14,792 nucleotides of DNA from Promethearchaeia archaeon. GTDB lineage: Archaea > Asgardarchaeota > Lokiarchaeia > Sigyniarchaeales > SOKP01. The notes below the pieces were generated by a model. The model ran no database searches. It had not been told where the DNA came from and saw nothing but the letters and a program-made list of their open reading frames with translations. This document shows, one piece after another, positions 1-10,418 of this stretch. Each line of letters starts with the position of its first letter. Position 1 is the first letter of the stretch. Both the position numbers and the translations under genes were made by a program. The stretch lies in NCBI GenBank assembly GCA_046497275.1, contig JAWOFX010000105.1, forward strand, positions 1 through 14,792, read 5' to 3'.

Positions 1-2
1 GC

Positions 3-452
3 TTAAAAATTGTGAAAATGCCAGGGAATGGACATTGTTATGTACATTCACATTTATCTTTAGATGATATTAAAGAGGTAGAAGAGGAACATCCCAAGGC
101 TGAGCTTTTAGTCCATCCAGAATGTAATAAAGATGTCAGAGATTATGCTGACTATATAGGCTCAACAGCTGGAATGTATAATTATGTTAAGGAAAATCAA
201 AAAAAACAAAATGAATTCATAATCGGGACTGAAAGAGGACTTTTAGAACGATTAGCGGCAGATTTTCCACAAAATCGCTTTTATATAGCATCTGAAGAGT
301 TAATATGTGACGGTATGAAGAAAAATAACCTTCAAAAGATAAAATTGCTATTAGAAAATTTAGAAAATACGGAGTATGAGGTAAAAGTTCCAGAGGATAT
401 AGCTAAGAGAGCAATGGATCCCATCCAGAAAATGCTAGAATATTCAAGTTAA
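3..452 (+). CDS. nadA: Quinolinate synthase NadA, C-terminal part (5'-truncated by window edge)
   Basis: Frame is open from base 3 (LKIVKMPG..). NadA motifs GHCYVH (Fe-S Cys), LLVHPEC, IGSTAGM, FIIGTERGL and ICDGMKKNNL (last Fe-S Cys). Confidence 0.93.
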   Translation, partial: LKIVKMPGNGHCYVHSHLSLDDIKEVEEEHPKAELLVHPECNKDVRDYADYIGSTAGMYNYVKENQKKQNEFIIGTERGLLERLAADFPQNRFYIASEELICDGMKKNNLQKIKLLLENLENTEYEVKVPEDIAKRAMDPIQKMLEYSS

Positions 453-467
453 TATTTATAATATAAA

Positions 468-1766
468 TCAGTTTTTTATCTTTGTGTGGCAAATCGGACA
501 TTCTTCCCAATGTCTTGAAACTTTCGCTTCACATTTAGGATTAGGACATATGATTAATTCTTCTTGTTTTAGAAGCTGTTGTTTATATTTAATACTAGCT
601 TCATTTGCCTTATCTATACTTTTAATTAGATCGTTAGATCCAAAATCTTTTCCACATCGGGAACAAGTTTTTGCTATATCTCGATTTAGTATAGTTTTAC
701 CGCAATTAGGACAAAATCCTTTTACTTTATCCAATAATTCATCTAATTTTTGTTCTTGAGCCCCAGATATTGAAACAATATTTAAATCCTCATACTTTTT
801 TGACCCATGGATAATATTTATTAGGGAATTAACTCCTTCCTTTGATTTTGTTAATTTTTCTGATTGAACTACAATATCCATTAAGAAGGTTTTAGAAATA
901 CCCATTTTAAGAGCAGTATTAATGATTGATTTCTCAATAAGCATCTCAAACGGTTCTTGTATTTTATCCCATATCAAATTCATTTCTATTAATTTTTCTG
1001 CAATTTCTTCGGCCATTTCATCTAAATCATAGAATTTTCGATATCCTTTCAAATTGATATGGATGATTTCTTCAATTAATTGGTCTTTTATTAATCTTAA
1101 TGTGGTGGTACCTAATATATCTGCCTCATGAAAGAAAAAAACGTCATTATCTCGAGCAAACATGAAGAAACCGCATTTACTCGACATTATTTTGTCAACA
1201 TAAAAATCAATTTTAAATTTTTTTACATCATAGTATTTGCAAAATTCATTTATTTCAAATTTATAATCACGAGTTAATACTGAATTCAAAAAGATATAAA
1301 ACAAAGCCAGAAATAATTCTCGATTTTGATTTAATTTAAAAAATTGATCTCCTATTTTGGAGATTTTACTGAGTATTTGAAATCGTATTGATTCTTCAAC
1401 TCCGATTTCCTCATAGAAATTAGTTAATTCAGAAGTTTTTACAATAATATCATTTATAATTTGAGTATCAAATAGTTCATTATCATTAATCGCTTGATCC
1501 TCATTTAATTTTTCAATACCTTTTTCTGTGATAAAATAGTGAGGTGATTTCTCATGGATTCTTTTTTCAATATCATTTTTTTGAAGATGTAATTTTATAT
1601 ATTTTGAAAGGGTAGACTTACTCATTTCAGAATTTTCCTCTAAATCCGAAAATCTCTGAGGACCAAAATTTTTAAGAATGAAAAGAATACGTTTATCATA
1701 ATCTAAGGTTTTAACGATTTTAGAGATATTCTCTTCAAAATCCCTAGAAATATTATTATATTCCAT
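468..1766 (-). CDS. Winged-helix DNA-binding protein (ArsR/MarR-like N-terminus) with C-terminal double zinc ribbons; putative regulator
   Basis: N-terminal ILFILKNFGPQRFSDLEENSEMSKSTLSKYIK...YFITEKG reads as a wHTH plus wing. C-terminal CPNCG-x-CSRCG and CPNPKC-x-CPICH Cys pairs; helical middle region. Confidence 0.75.
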   Translation of the reverse strand: MEYNNISRDFEENISKIVKTLDYDKRILFILKNFGPQRFSDLEENSEMSKSTLSKYIKLHLQKNDIEKRIHEKSPHYFITEKGIEKLNEDQAINDNELFDTQIINDIIVKTSELTNFYEEIGVEESIRFQILSKISKIGDQFFKLNQNRELFLALFYIFLNSVLTRDYKFEINEFCKYYDVKKFKIDFYVDKIMSSKCGFFMFARDNDVFFFHEADILGTTTLRLIKDQLIEEIIHINLKGYRKFYDLDEMAEEIAEKLIEMNLIWDKIQEPFEMLIEKSIINTALKMGISKTFLMDIVVQSEKLTKSKEGVNSLINIIHGSKKYEDLNIVSISGAQEQKLDELLDKVKGFCPNCGKTILNRDIAKTCSRCGKDFGSNDLIKSIDKANEASIKYKQQLLKQEELIICPNPKCEAKVSRHWEECPICHTKIKN

Positions 1767-1825
1767 ATATCAATAATTGAAAACTAAATACTTAAACTTG
1801 AACTAATGTGTGAATTTTTTTAGAA

Positions 1826-1856
1826 TAGTTCGAACTTAATAGATACCGGCGAACTA
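1826..1856. promoter_or_regulatory. Candidate operator: TAGTTCG-N17-CGAACTA inverted repeat overlapping perfect palindrome AGTTCGAACT (1827-1836)
   Basis: Read directly in the divergent intergenic region, 60-90 bp upstream of the wHTH gene start. A further GAACT half-site lies at 1800-1804. Confidence 0.45.
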
Positions 1857-2022
1857 AGAAAAAAATCTTATTCTTTATTTCAAAATTTTGTCAACTAATA
1901 ACTCAAAATTTATAACTAGAAGGCATTAACTTTATAAAACTTATCTTTATAAATTATATCGAAGAGAATCATTGAGATTTAACCCAAATCTCTCCAAACT
2001 TATTTCAAATGAGGGAAAAATT

Positions 2023-4280
<2,258 letters not shown>

Positions 4281-4436
4281 AAATATTTTGTTAATTTTAT
4301 GTAGAAAAACACCCTTCTATTTTTAATTATAATCTAAACTTGAGTTCACTTACTCTAACAAGAGTATTTTAATATTATTACTCTATTTTGATCTTAAGTT
4401 TTTAATTAGTAAACTAAGAAAAAAGAGATAATAAAT

Positions 4437-4691
4437 ATGACACAATATCGATTTAGATTAACAGGGGTTCCACCCGATCAAGCAATTAAGCAAATTGAAA
4501 TTGATCCGAATCAATCAATCGGAGAAATCAAGAAAACTGTCCAGCGCGAATATAAACTCAACCCGATTCTTGCAATCCAGTTTATCTTTAAAGGGAAGGT
4601 TTTACCCGATGATTTAAAGTTTGCCAAAATTGGGATTCATCCAAAGAAAGATGTTATAACTGTTATGGCGACTCAAGCTGGTGGAATTTAA
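4437..4691 (+). CDS. Ubiquitin-like beta-grasp protein (84 aa), C-terminus QAGG-I
   Basis: Aligns by eye with ubiquitin: IEIDPNQSIGEIKKTV ~ LEVEPSDTIENVKAKI; QFIFKGKVLPD ~ RLIFAGKQLED; di-Gly at the terminus followed by one extra residue (ggt gga att taa). Confidence 0.85.
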   Translation: MTQYRFRLTGVPPDQAIKQIEIDPNQSIGEIKKTVQREYKLNPILAIQFIFKGKVLPDDLKFAKIGIHPKKDVITVMATQAGGI

Positions 4692-4721
4692 TTTTTATTT
4701 TTTATTCTTTTTATTTATTTT
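4692..4721 (+). terminator. T-rich archaeal-type terminator after the Ubl gene
   Basis: tttttattttttattctttttatttatttt immediately follows the stop codon. Confidence 0.5.
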
Positions 4722-4783
4722 AAGCACTTTTAATAATAATTAAATTTGATTAAAAGAATTCTAACACTTTACTTTCTATAACC

Positions 4784-6067
4784 ATGAAGAAAGAAAATAA
4801 TATTCATAAAGCGTTACAAACCATTTTTTTAGATTTTGATGAAGATTTTTTCAATTTAACTAAAGAGGAGATTTTAAGATCTAAGGAGATCCAATTATTT
4901 TCTAAAATTGTTCCTAAATGGTTGGAAATTTTCAAAAAAGGATTTAATAGTGATCAAAATGAAGCCTATAGAACCTTAAAACATACGATTAGGACCCTAT
5001 ATGTATATTATTCTATTATGAACAATCAATTTGAAACCGACATAAAAGAAACGAATATGAAATTATTAAAAAATCAATTAGAGGAAATTTATAATTATAA
5101 CTCTCAACTCTTTCCATTAATCCTCCTATTTCATGATATAGGACGACCTTTCAATAGAACATGGCATAATATAGAATCTAAAAAAATTATACAAAACAAT
5201 TCTCTTTTAGCCAAATTTAATTTGTGTGAAATTGAAAAACATATTATCTTAACGGTTATTGAACAACATCTTCTTTTAGGAACAATTTTTACGGGAGAAT
5301 CTTCCTATTTAGGAAGTATTTCTCTTTGGAATTCAATAAAGAATTTGGGAATAAATCTCTCTGATGCTGATATGGATCTTATTTTTAAATTACTTTATTC
5401 TTTCACTTTAATTGATATATGGGGTTATGAATATTCTAAAATTTATGATCACTATTTCAATCACTATTTTGAGATTAGGCAGCATTTAGCAAAAATATTT
5501 AAAAAAACTTGGGATTTGAATAAAGAGATACAAGAAGGTTTTTTACAAAAAGAGTTATCTAAATTAGATTTTAAGAACTTTAAATGGCGTATTGCTTGTT
5601 CATTAAGAATTTTTCAATTTGTAAATACTAAAGATTATTTGACAAGAGATTTCTATTTTTCAAAAATTGAAGAGGGACTTCGAAAATCTAATATGAGATG
5701 GGAAAGTTTTGAGGAGAATTTAGGACAGAATCATCCAAAAATCCAGTTTAAATATGCTTTACCTATTATGATGATATTAGCTAGTGAAACGTTTAAACGA
5801 AAATCAATAGAAAAAAATGCAGAAATTCATCCTGAAATTTTTCAGTTTTGGATAGAGTCATGTAAAAAATTAGATAAATTCATTTCTAAAAATAAAGATC
5901 TAATTTCTCCATTATGCTATTATGTATTTAATTTACCAAGAACATGGTTTTTAGACAAAAAATATATTGATCTAGTAAGAAACCAAGGATTCATTATAAA
6001 AATTAAGAAAAATGATTTTCAATTTAATCAAGAAATTTTTGGGTATTTATTAAACATCCAAATCTAA
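4784..6067 (+). CDS. Stand-alone HD-domain phosphohydrolase resembling the GlnD/CCA-enzyme HD module
   Basis: Ordered motifs TLKHTIRTL ... LILLFHDIGRP ... WHNIES ... VIEQHLLLG ... LYSFTLIDIWG parallel GlnD's EHTLRV/LLHDIGK/DHS/VRHHLLM/LLTVADI. No NTase or ACT domain is recognisable. Confidence 0.65.
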   Translation: MKKENNIHKALQTIFLDFDEDFFNLTKEEILRSKEIQLFSKIVPKWLEIFKKGFNSDQNEAYRTLKHTIRTLYVYYSIMNNQFETDIKETNMKLLKNQLEEIYNYNSQLFPLILLFHDIGRPFNRTWHNIESKKIIQNNSLLAKFNLCEIEKHIILTVIEQHLLLGTIFTGESSYLGSISLWNSIKNLGINLSDADMDLIFKLLYSFTLIDIWGYEYSKIYDHYFNHYFEIRQHLAKIFKKTWDLNKEIQEGFLQKELSKLDFKNFKWRIACSLRIFQFVNTKDYLTRDFYFSKIEEGLRKSNMRWESFEENLGQNHPKIQFKYALPIMMILASETFKRKSIEKNAEIHPEIFQFWIESCKKLDKFISKNKDLISPLCYYVFNLPRTWFLDKKYIDLVRNQGFIIKIKKNDFQFNQEIFGYLLNIQI

Positions 6068-6093
6068 AGATTAGATAAATAAAGTTATACTTT

Positions 6094-6924
6094 CTAATTT
6101 TGATTACTTTCCAAATTTTTAATATATTCTTCTCTTTTTATTTTACCTTTCTCCTCATATTTAGGCCATAAGCGTTTTAATTGGCTTGGCATACACATTA
6201 CTAATTTTGAAAGGATTCCTTCAGTATGCGGGATACATATCTCAACTTTCTCTTTGATTATGGCTTTTAACACGGCTTCCGCCACTTCTTCGGGTTGAAC
6301 AGGATCGTGTAAAAAAGTAAGGGGGGATCCATCATGTTCTGCTTCATATCGTAGCATTGGGGTCTCAACGGAATCTGGAAAAATGGTGGAAACTTTAATA
6401 TTATACTCTTGCAATTCAAAATATAGTGTCCAGTTCAAACCTCGCAAAGCAAATTTTGTGGCAGTATAAATTGAGCTATAAGTTTCGGGAACTATCCCTG
6501 CTAGGGAGGAGATTGTTATAATATGTCCTTGTCCAGCCTTTTTCATAATAGGAATGATTTCTTTCGTAGTATGTATAGTTCCAATAAGATTTATGTTAAT
6601 TTGCTTTTCAATTTCTTCATAAGTTGTAGTCTCAAAAGACCCAGGCAAGATTATTCCTACGGTATTTACTAAAAAATCTATTTTTCCATATTTTTCAAGA
6701 GTTTTTGAATAGAGTTCTCGAACTTCTTGTAAATTTGTAATATCATAAGGCATTATTAAAGGATTTTGTTCAAGATCCGTTAAAGCACTCTGGATTAAAT
6801 TTATATCTTTATCTGCTAATGCTAATTTTATCCCTTCCTTATCAAATAATTTAGCGATTTCTTTTCCTATTCCGCCCACTCCAGAAATTACTGCAACCTT
6901 ATTTTTCAATTCCTTTCTTTTCAT
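6094..6924 (-). CDS. Short-chain dehydrogenase/reductase (classical SDR)
   Basis: KVAVISGVGGIG Rossmann loop, KIDFLVN, NLIG, ISSLAG (catalytic Ser), YTATK (YxxxK), IFPDSVET. Confidence 0.93.
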   Translation of the reverse strand: MKRKELKNKVAVISGVGGIGKEIAKLFDKEGIKLALADKDINLIQSALTDLEQNPLIMPYDITNLQEVRELYSKTLEKYGKIDFLVNTVGIILPGSFETTTYEEIEKQININLIGTIHTTKEIIPIMKKAGQGHIITISSLAGIVPETYSSIYTATKFALRGLNWTLYFELQEYNIKVSTIFPDSVETPMLRYEAEHDGSPLTFLHDPVQPEEVAEAVLKAIIKEKVEICIPHTEGILSKLVMCMPSQLKRLWPKYEEKGKIKREEYIKNLESNQN

Positions 6925-7147
6925 TAGAATCTCTCAATTATATAATTTTATATATGATTTATTATGTGTTGTGAATAAATAAATGATTCCTTGTGATCCG
7001 TTTTTCTTTAAATATTATAAAAATTAAAAATTTTGAATATAGAACAATAAAGATCATTGAAATTTCCATTGTGAGTAATTATTCAATTTACATTAGTTTT
7101 TTTATACTATGATAACTTAATTCAACACAATATATGAATAAATTAAG

Positions 7148-7348
7148 TTGGTGTTTATAGTGGTGTGGGGAGGTTCCCTTAATTCAAGAGGATCTGATTA
7201 TTTAAAGCAGCTTCAAGAAGCAAATAAAGCCGTAGAATTTCTGGAAAAGATTAAAGGAAAGATTAAATTAGAAGACAAAGATTACATACGGAAAACTATA
7301 GATATTATTACGGATTATATTAATAAACTCGCAGAAGGGCAGAAATAA
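7148..7348 (+). CDS. Small helical hypothetical protein (start uncertain: TTG 7148 or GTG 7160/7163)
   Basis: Open frame with host-like codons and amphipathic helices; fills the gap between the SDR and HycI genes. Confidence 0.55.
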   Translation: MVFIVVWGGSLNSRGSDYLKQLQEANKAVEFLEKIKGKIKLEDKDYIRKTIDIITDYINKLAEGQK

Positions 7349-7352
7349 TTTC

Positions 7353-7925
7353 CTAAATTTGCTTAATTAATTTCTTAATAATAATGATCACTTGATTTGC
7401 AGTTTTTTTTATTATTTTTGTTAATTGGAATTCAAAAAAAGGTAAATCTTCATTTTCATTTATTTCTTCAATGGTTAATTCTCCCTCTTTATATTGTATC
7501 AATTCAGTGAAACCCTCAAGACTCTTTGGTACGAACCCAATCATAAATACATCTTTTAAATTCGACATATTTTCTAAAAGATAATCTATAACGATATGGA
7601 TTGGCATTGTATGAGACGAAATTGGGACAAGTTCTTGCATATTTTCACGTTCAATAATTGCAACTGTTCCTGGCTCTTCATCCAACGTACAAGTATCCAA
7701 AATTATAAGATGTGACGGATTAAATCTAATCATTTCATCCATACGGGCTAAAGGATCTATCCCAGCATTGATAAATAGGAATTTTTCATTATTTTTATCC
7801 AATAATTCGGTTATGATGTAGGGTCCGATCGCATCATCCTTCATTTTATTTTCTCCAATGCCAAGAAACACAATTCTTTCTGCGTTCTTTAATCTTTTTA
7901 ACAGCTTATCAAATAAATCTTTCAT
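7353..7925 (-). CDS. hycI: Hydrogenase maturation endopeptidase, HycI-like (peptidase A31)
   Basis: IVFLGIGENKMKDDAIG, FINAGIDP, LIILDT, EPGTV, SSHTMP: D/D/H metal ligands present. ATG at 7925 is preferred over TTG at 7931. Confidence 0.85.
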   Translation of the reverse strand: MKDLFDKLLKRLKNAERIVFLGIGENKMKDDAIGPYIITELLDKNNEKFLFINAGIDPLARMDEMIRFNPSHLIILDTCTLDEEPGTVAIIERENMQELVPISSHTMPIHIVIDYLLENMSNLKDVFMIGFVPKSLEGFTELIQYKEGELTIEEINENEDLPFFEFQLTKIIKKTANQVIIIIKKLIKQI

Positions 7926-8024
7926 ATACAAATAGAATAATAGTGAAGAAAAGATTAATTTTTATATTCCCATTTCATATGAGAAAAATTCATTAAATAA
8001 TGATACTTATTAAATTGTAGAAAA

Positions 8025-8627
8025 ATGAGCGAAGATTCTGAAGAGACAGAAAAAATTCAAGTAGAAGGTCTTATTGAGAATGATAAAGTTATAATTGAAG
8101 ATTCTGATGGGATTGCTGAATTCTATGAAGGGAGTTATATCGGAAATCTGGAAGAGAAGGAAAATAAAAATATTTTGATTTTAGATTCAATTGAGGTATT
8201 ATTACTTTGTGAGAGAAAAAGAATCATTCTTTGGGAAGATAATGATAAAAATAAAAATCAATATGACTTTGAGGGATTACTCTCGTACTTCTCGCAATTT
8301 GATAAAGAATTATGGCAAAAATATGTCATTTATATGGATTTAAGGAGAAGAGGATATATCGTTCGATCTGGTTATGGAGATGGAATTGAATTTCGTGTGT
8401 ATAAAAGAGGAGCTGATTTTAATGAAGATGTTGCGAAATATTTAATTTATCCCGTTTTTGAGGGGGCACCTATTGAATTGCGAGATCTAGATAAAATTTC
8501 TCGGGTTGCATTAAGCTCTCGAAAAGATTTAGTAGTGGCTACTGTCGATCGAATGAGTAAAGCTATATATTATAGTGTTAAAAAATTCGAGATACTCAGT
8601 CGAGATATTGATGGAGATAAACGATAA
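8025..8627 (+). CDS. endA: tRNA-splicing endonuclease family subunit, probably the structural (non-catalytic) subunit
   Basis: KYVIYMDLRRRGYIVRSG..FRVYKRGA..KYLI..RVALSSRKDLVVATVD matches the archaeal EndA fold over its full length; the catalytic His position is Val. Confidence 0.85.
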   Translation: MSEDSEETEKIQVEGLIENDKVIIEDSDGIAEFYEGSYIGNLEEKENKNILILDSIEVLLLCERKRIILWEDNDKNKNQYDFEGLLSYFSQFDKELWQKYVIYMDLRRRGYIVRSGYGDGIEFRVYKRGADFNEDVAKYLIYPVFEGAPIELRDLDKISRVALSSRKDLVVATVDRMSKAIYYSVKKFEILSRDIDGDKR

Positions 8628-8757
8628 AAATAACATTACAGGTCTAACCCGCATTATTTAACTATTAGATACCTAATAATTTAAATAGATAAATTTGATT
8701 AGGTAATATTCATTATTTAACTACGAAGAAATTCCTTAAAATTAGGTAGGTATTATC

Positions 8758-10413
8758 ATGAACGACAAATTTTGTTGTGATACTTCTGTAATCTTTTCTG
8801 GTCAAATAATACGCTTGATAGAAGATGGAGATTTAGGCACAAAACCGAATATAATTATTCCTAATGTAGTTGTTGCAGAAATAGAATATCGATCGAATAT
8901 TCAAAAAGAGATTGGATTTTACGGAATAAACATTTTAAAAGAATTGAGAGAGTTTCATAAGAAAGGAGAGATAAATTTAATTATAAGCGGAGACCGTCCA
9001 ACTAGAGATCAGATCAAGCTTTCCCCAGGTGGAGAACTTGATGCGCTCATCAGAGAGGAGGCAATAAAAAATGATGCGCTATTAATTACTACTGACAGAA
9101 TACAAGGAGATGTAGGCATATTTGAAGGATTAGAAGTTTTTTATGTCCATAATCGATCCCCACGTAAACCACGTGATGTATTGGAATTAAAATTATTATA
9201 TTTTTTTGATGATTCCACAATGAGTGTTCACTTGAAGCGAAATAATCCTCCATATGCAAAGAAAGGTTCACCCGGGAATTGGCGATTAGAAAAAATTTCA
9301 AATGATGTAATTTCCAACCAAGAAATTGAAGATATTGCTTATGAAATAGTTGAATTTGTGAGGGAAGATGAGCATTCTTTCATAGAGATAGAAAAAACTG
9401 GCGCAATGGTTGCACAAATGCGAGAATTCAGAATAGTTATAACTCGCCCTCCGTTTTCGAATGACGTTGAAATTACAGCAGTTCGTCCACTTGTAACATT
9501 AGAACTCTCAGATTATTCTATAAATGACCCATTACGACAGAGGTTGGATAAAGCAGAAGGAATATTAGTTTGTGGAGCACCAGGAGCTGGAAAATCTACA
9601 TTTTGCGCAGCTTTAGCCAATTATTATTTAGATCGTGAAAAAGTGGTAAAAACATTAGAAAGTGTAAGAGATCTGCAAGTAAGACCTGAAATCACTCAAT
9701 ATACTAAATTAGAAGGAAGTTTAGAAAATTCTGCGGATGTATTGCTATTAGTTCGTCCTGATTTTACGATATTTGATGAAGTAAGAGTGTTGGAAGATTT
9801 CAAAATATATTCTGATTTTCGGTTATCAGGTGTTGGGATGGTCGGTGTAGTTCATAGTTCCTCGGCGATAGATGCCATTCAGCGATTTATCGGCAGAATT
9901 GAATTGGGGGTATTGCCCTCTATAATAGATACAATTATATTCATTGAAGGTGGAGATATATCTACAGTCTTGGTAGTAAAAATGACTGTCAAGGTCCCTA
10001 CAGGATTTAGAGACAAAGATCTTTCTCGCCCAGTTATAGAAGTAAGAGATTTTCATACGAGAAAACTAGCATTTGAAATATATTCATTTGGGCAAGATGT
10101 AGTTCTAAACCCAATAAATCCCATAAGTTCATCAAGAGGATTCCGAAAATTTGAACAACATTCCACAATGAAGAGACAAAAATCAGGAGAGAGAATACCT
10201 TTAGATATAGATATAAGAGGAAATAAAGTAACAATAAATGCGCCTCAAAATTATTCATCAACCAATATAGAAATCTATTCTAATTCTCAATTAATATTTA
10301 CTGGAGCCCTAAGTAGAAATTCAGATATTAATCTTTCCTTATCAACACGCGAAGGACAAAAAATATTAAAAGAATATGATAGGAATAAGAATCTATATGG
10401 AAGAAAAAAATAG
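8758..10413 (+). CDS. PINA-family PIN domain + P-loop ATPase (archaeal Holliday-junction branch-migration ATPase family)
   Basis: PIN acidic residues CDTSV, VAEIE, LDALI, TTD; Walker A GAPGAGKST; Walker B TIFDEVR; GVVHSSSAIDAIQRFIGRIELG, typical of PINA/VirB11-like archaeal ATPases. Confidence 0.92.
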   Translation: MNDKFCCDTSVIFSGQIIRLIEDGDLGTKPNIIIPNVVVAEIEYRSNIQKEIGFYGINILKELREFHKKGEINLIISGDRPTRDQIKLSPGGELDALIREEAIKNDALLITTDRIQGDVGIFEGLEVFYVHNRSPRKPRDVLELKLLYFFDDSTMSVHLKRNNPPYAKKGSPGNWRLEKISNDVISNQEIEDIAYEIVEFVREDEHSFIEIEKTGAMVAQMREFRIVITRPPFSNDVEITAVRPLVTLELSDYSINDPLRQRLDKAEGILVCGAPGAGKSTFCAALANYYLDREKVVKTLESVRDLQVRPEITQYTKLEGSLENSADVLLLVRPDFTIFDEVRVLEDFKIYSDFRLSGVGMVGVVHSSSAIDAIQRFIGRIELGVLPSIIDTIIFIEGGDISTVLVVKMTVKVPTGFRDKDLSRPVIEVRDFHTRKLAFEIYSFGQDVVLNPINPISSSRGFRKFEQHSTMKRQKSGERIPLDIDIRGNKVTINAPQNYSSTNIEIYSNSQLIFTGALSRNSDINLSLSTREGQKILKEYDRNKNLYGRKK

Positions 10414-10418
10414 TTAAA

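Noticed and set aside
484-759. 91-aa plus-strand ORF
   Set aside because: Antisense shadow of the wHTH/zinc-ribbon gene; no protein-like motifs.
4437-7925. Idea that the HycI-like protease trims the Ubl C-terminal Ile
   Set aside because: A31 peptidases recognise Ni-loaded hydrogenase subunits; the genes are not adjacent or co-oriented. JAMM or cysteine DUBs are the established Ubl-processing enzymes.
9089-10261. Minus-strand ORFs inside the PINA gene
   Set aside because: Shadow ORFs without recognisable features.
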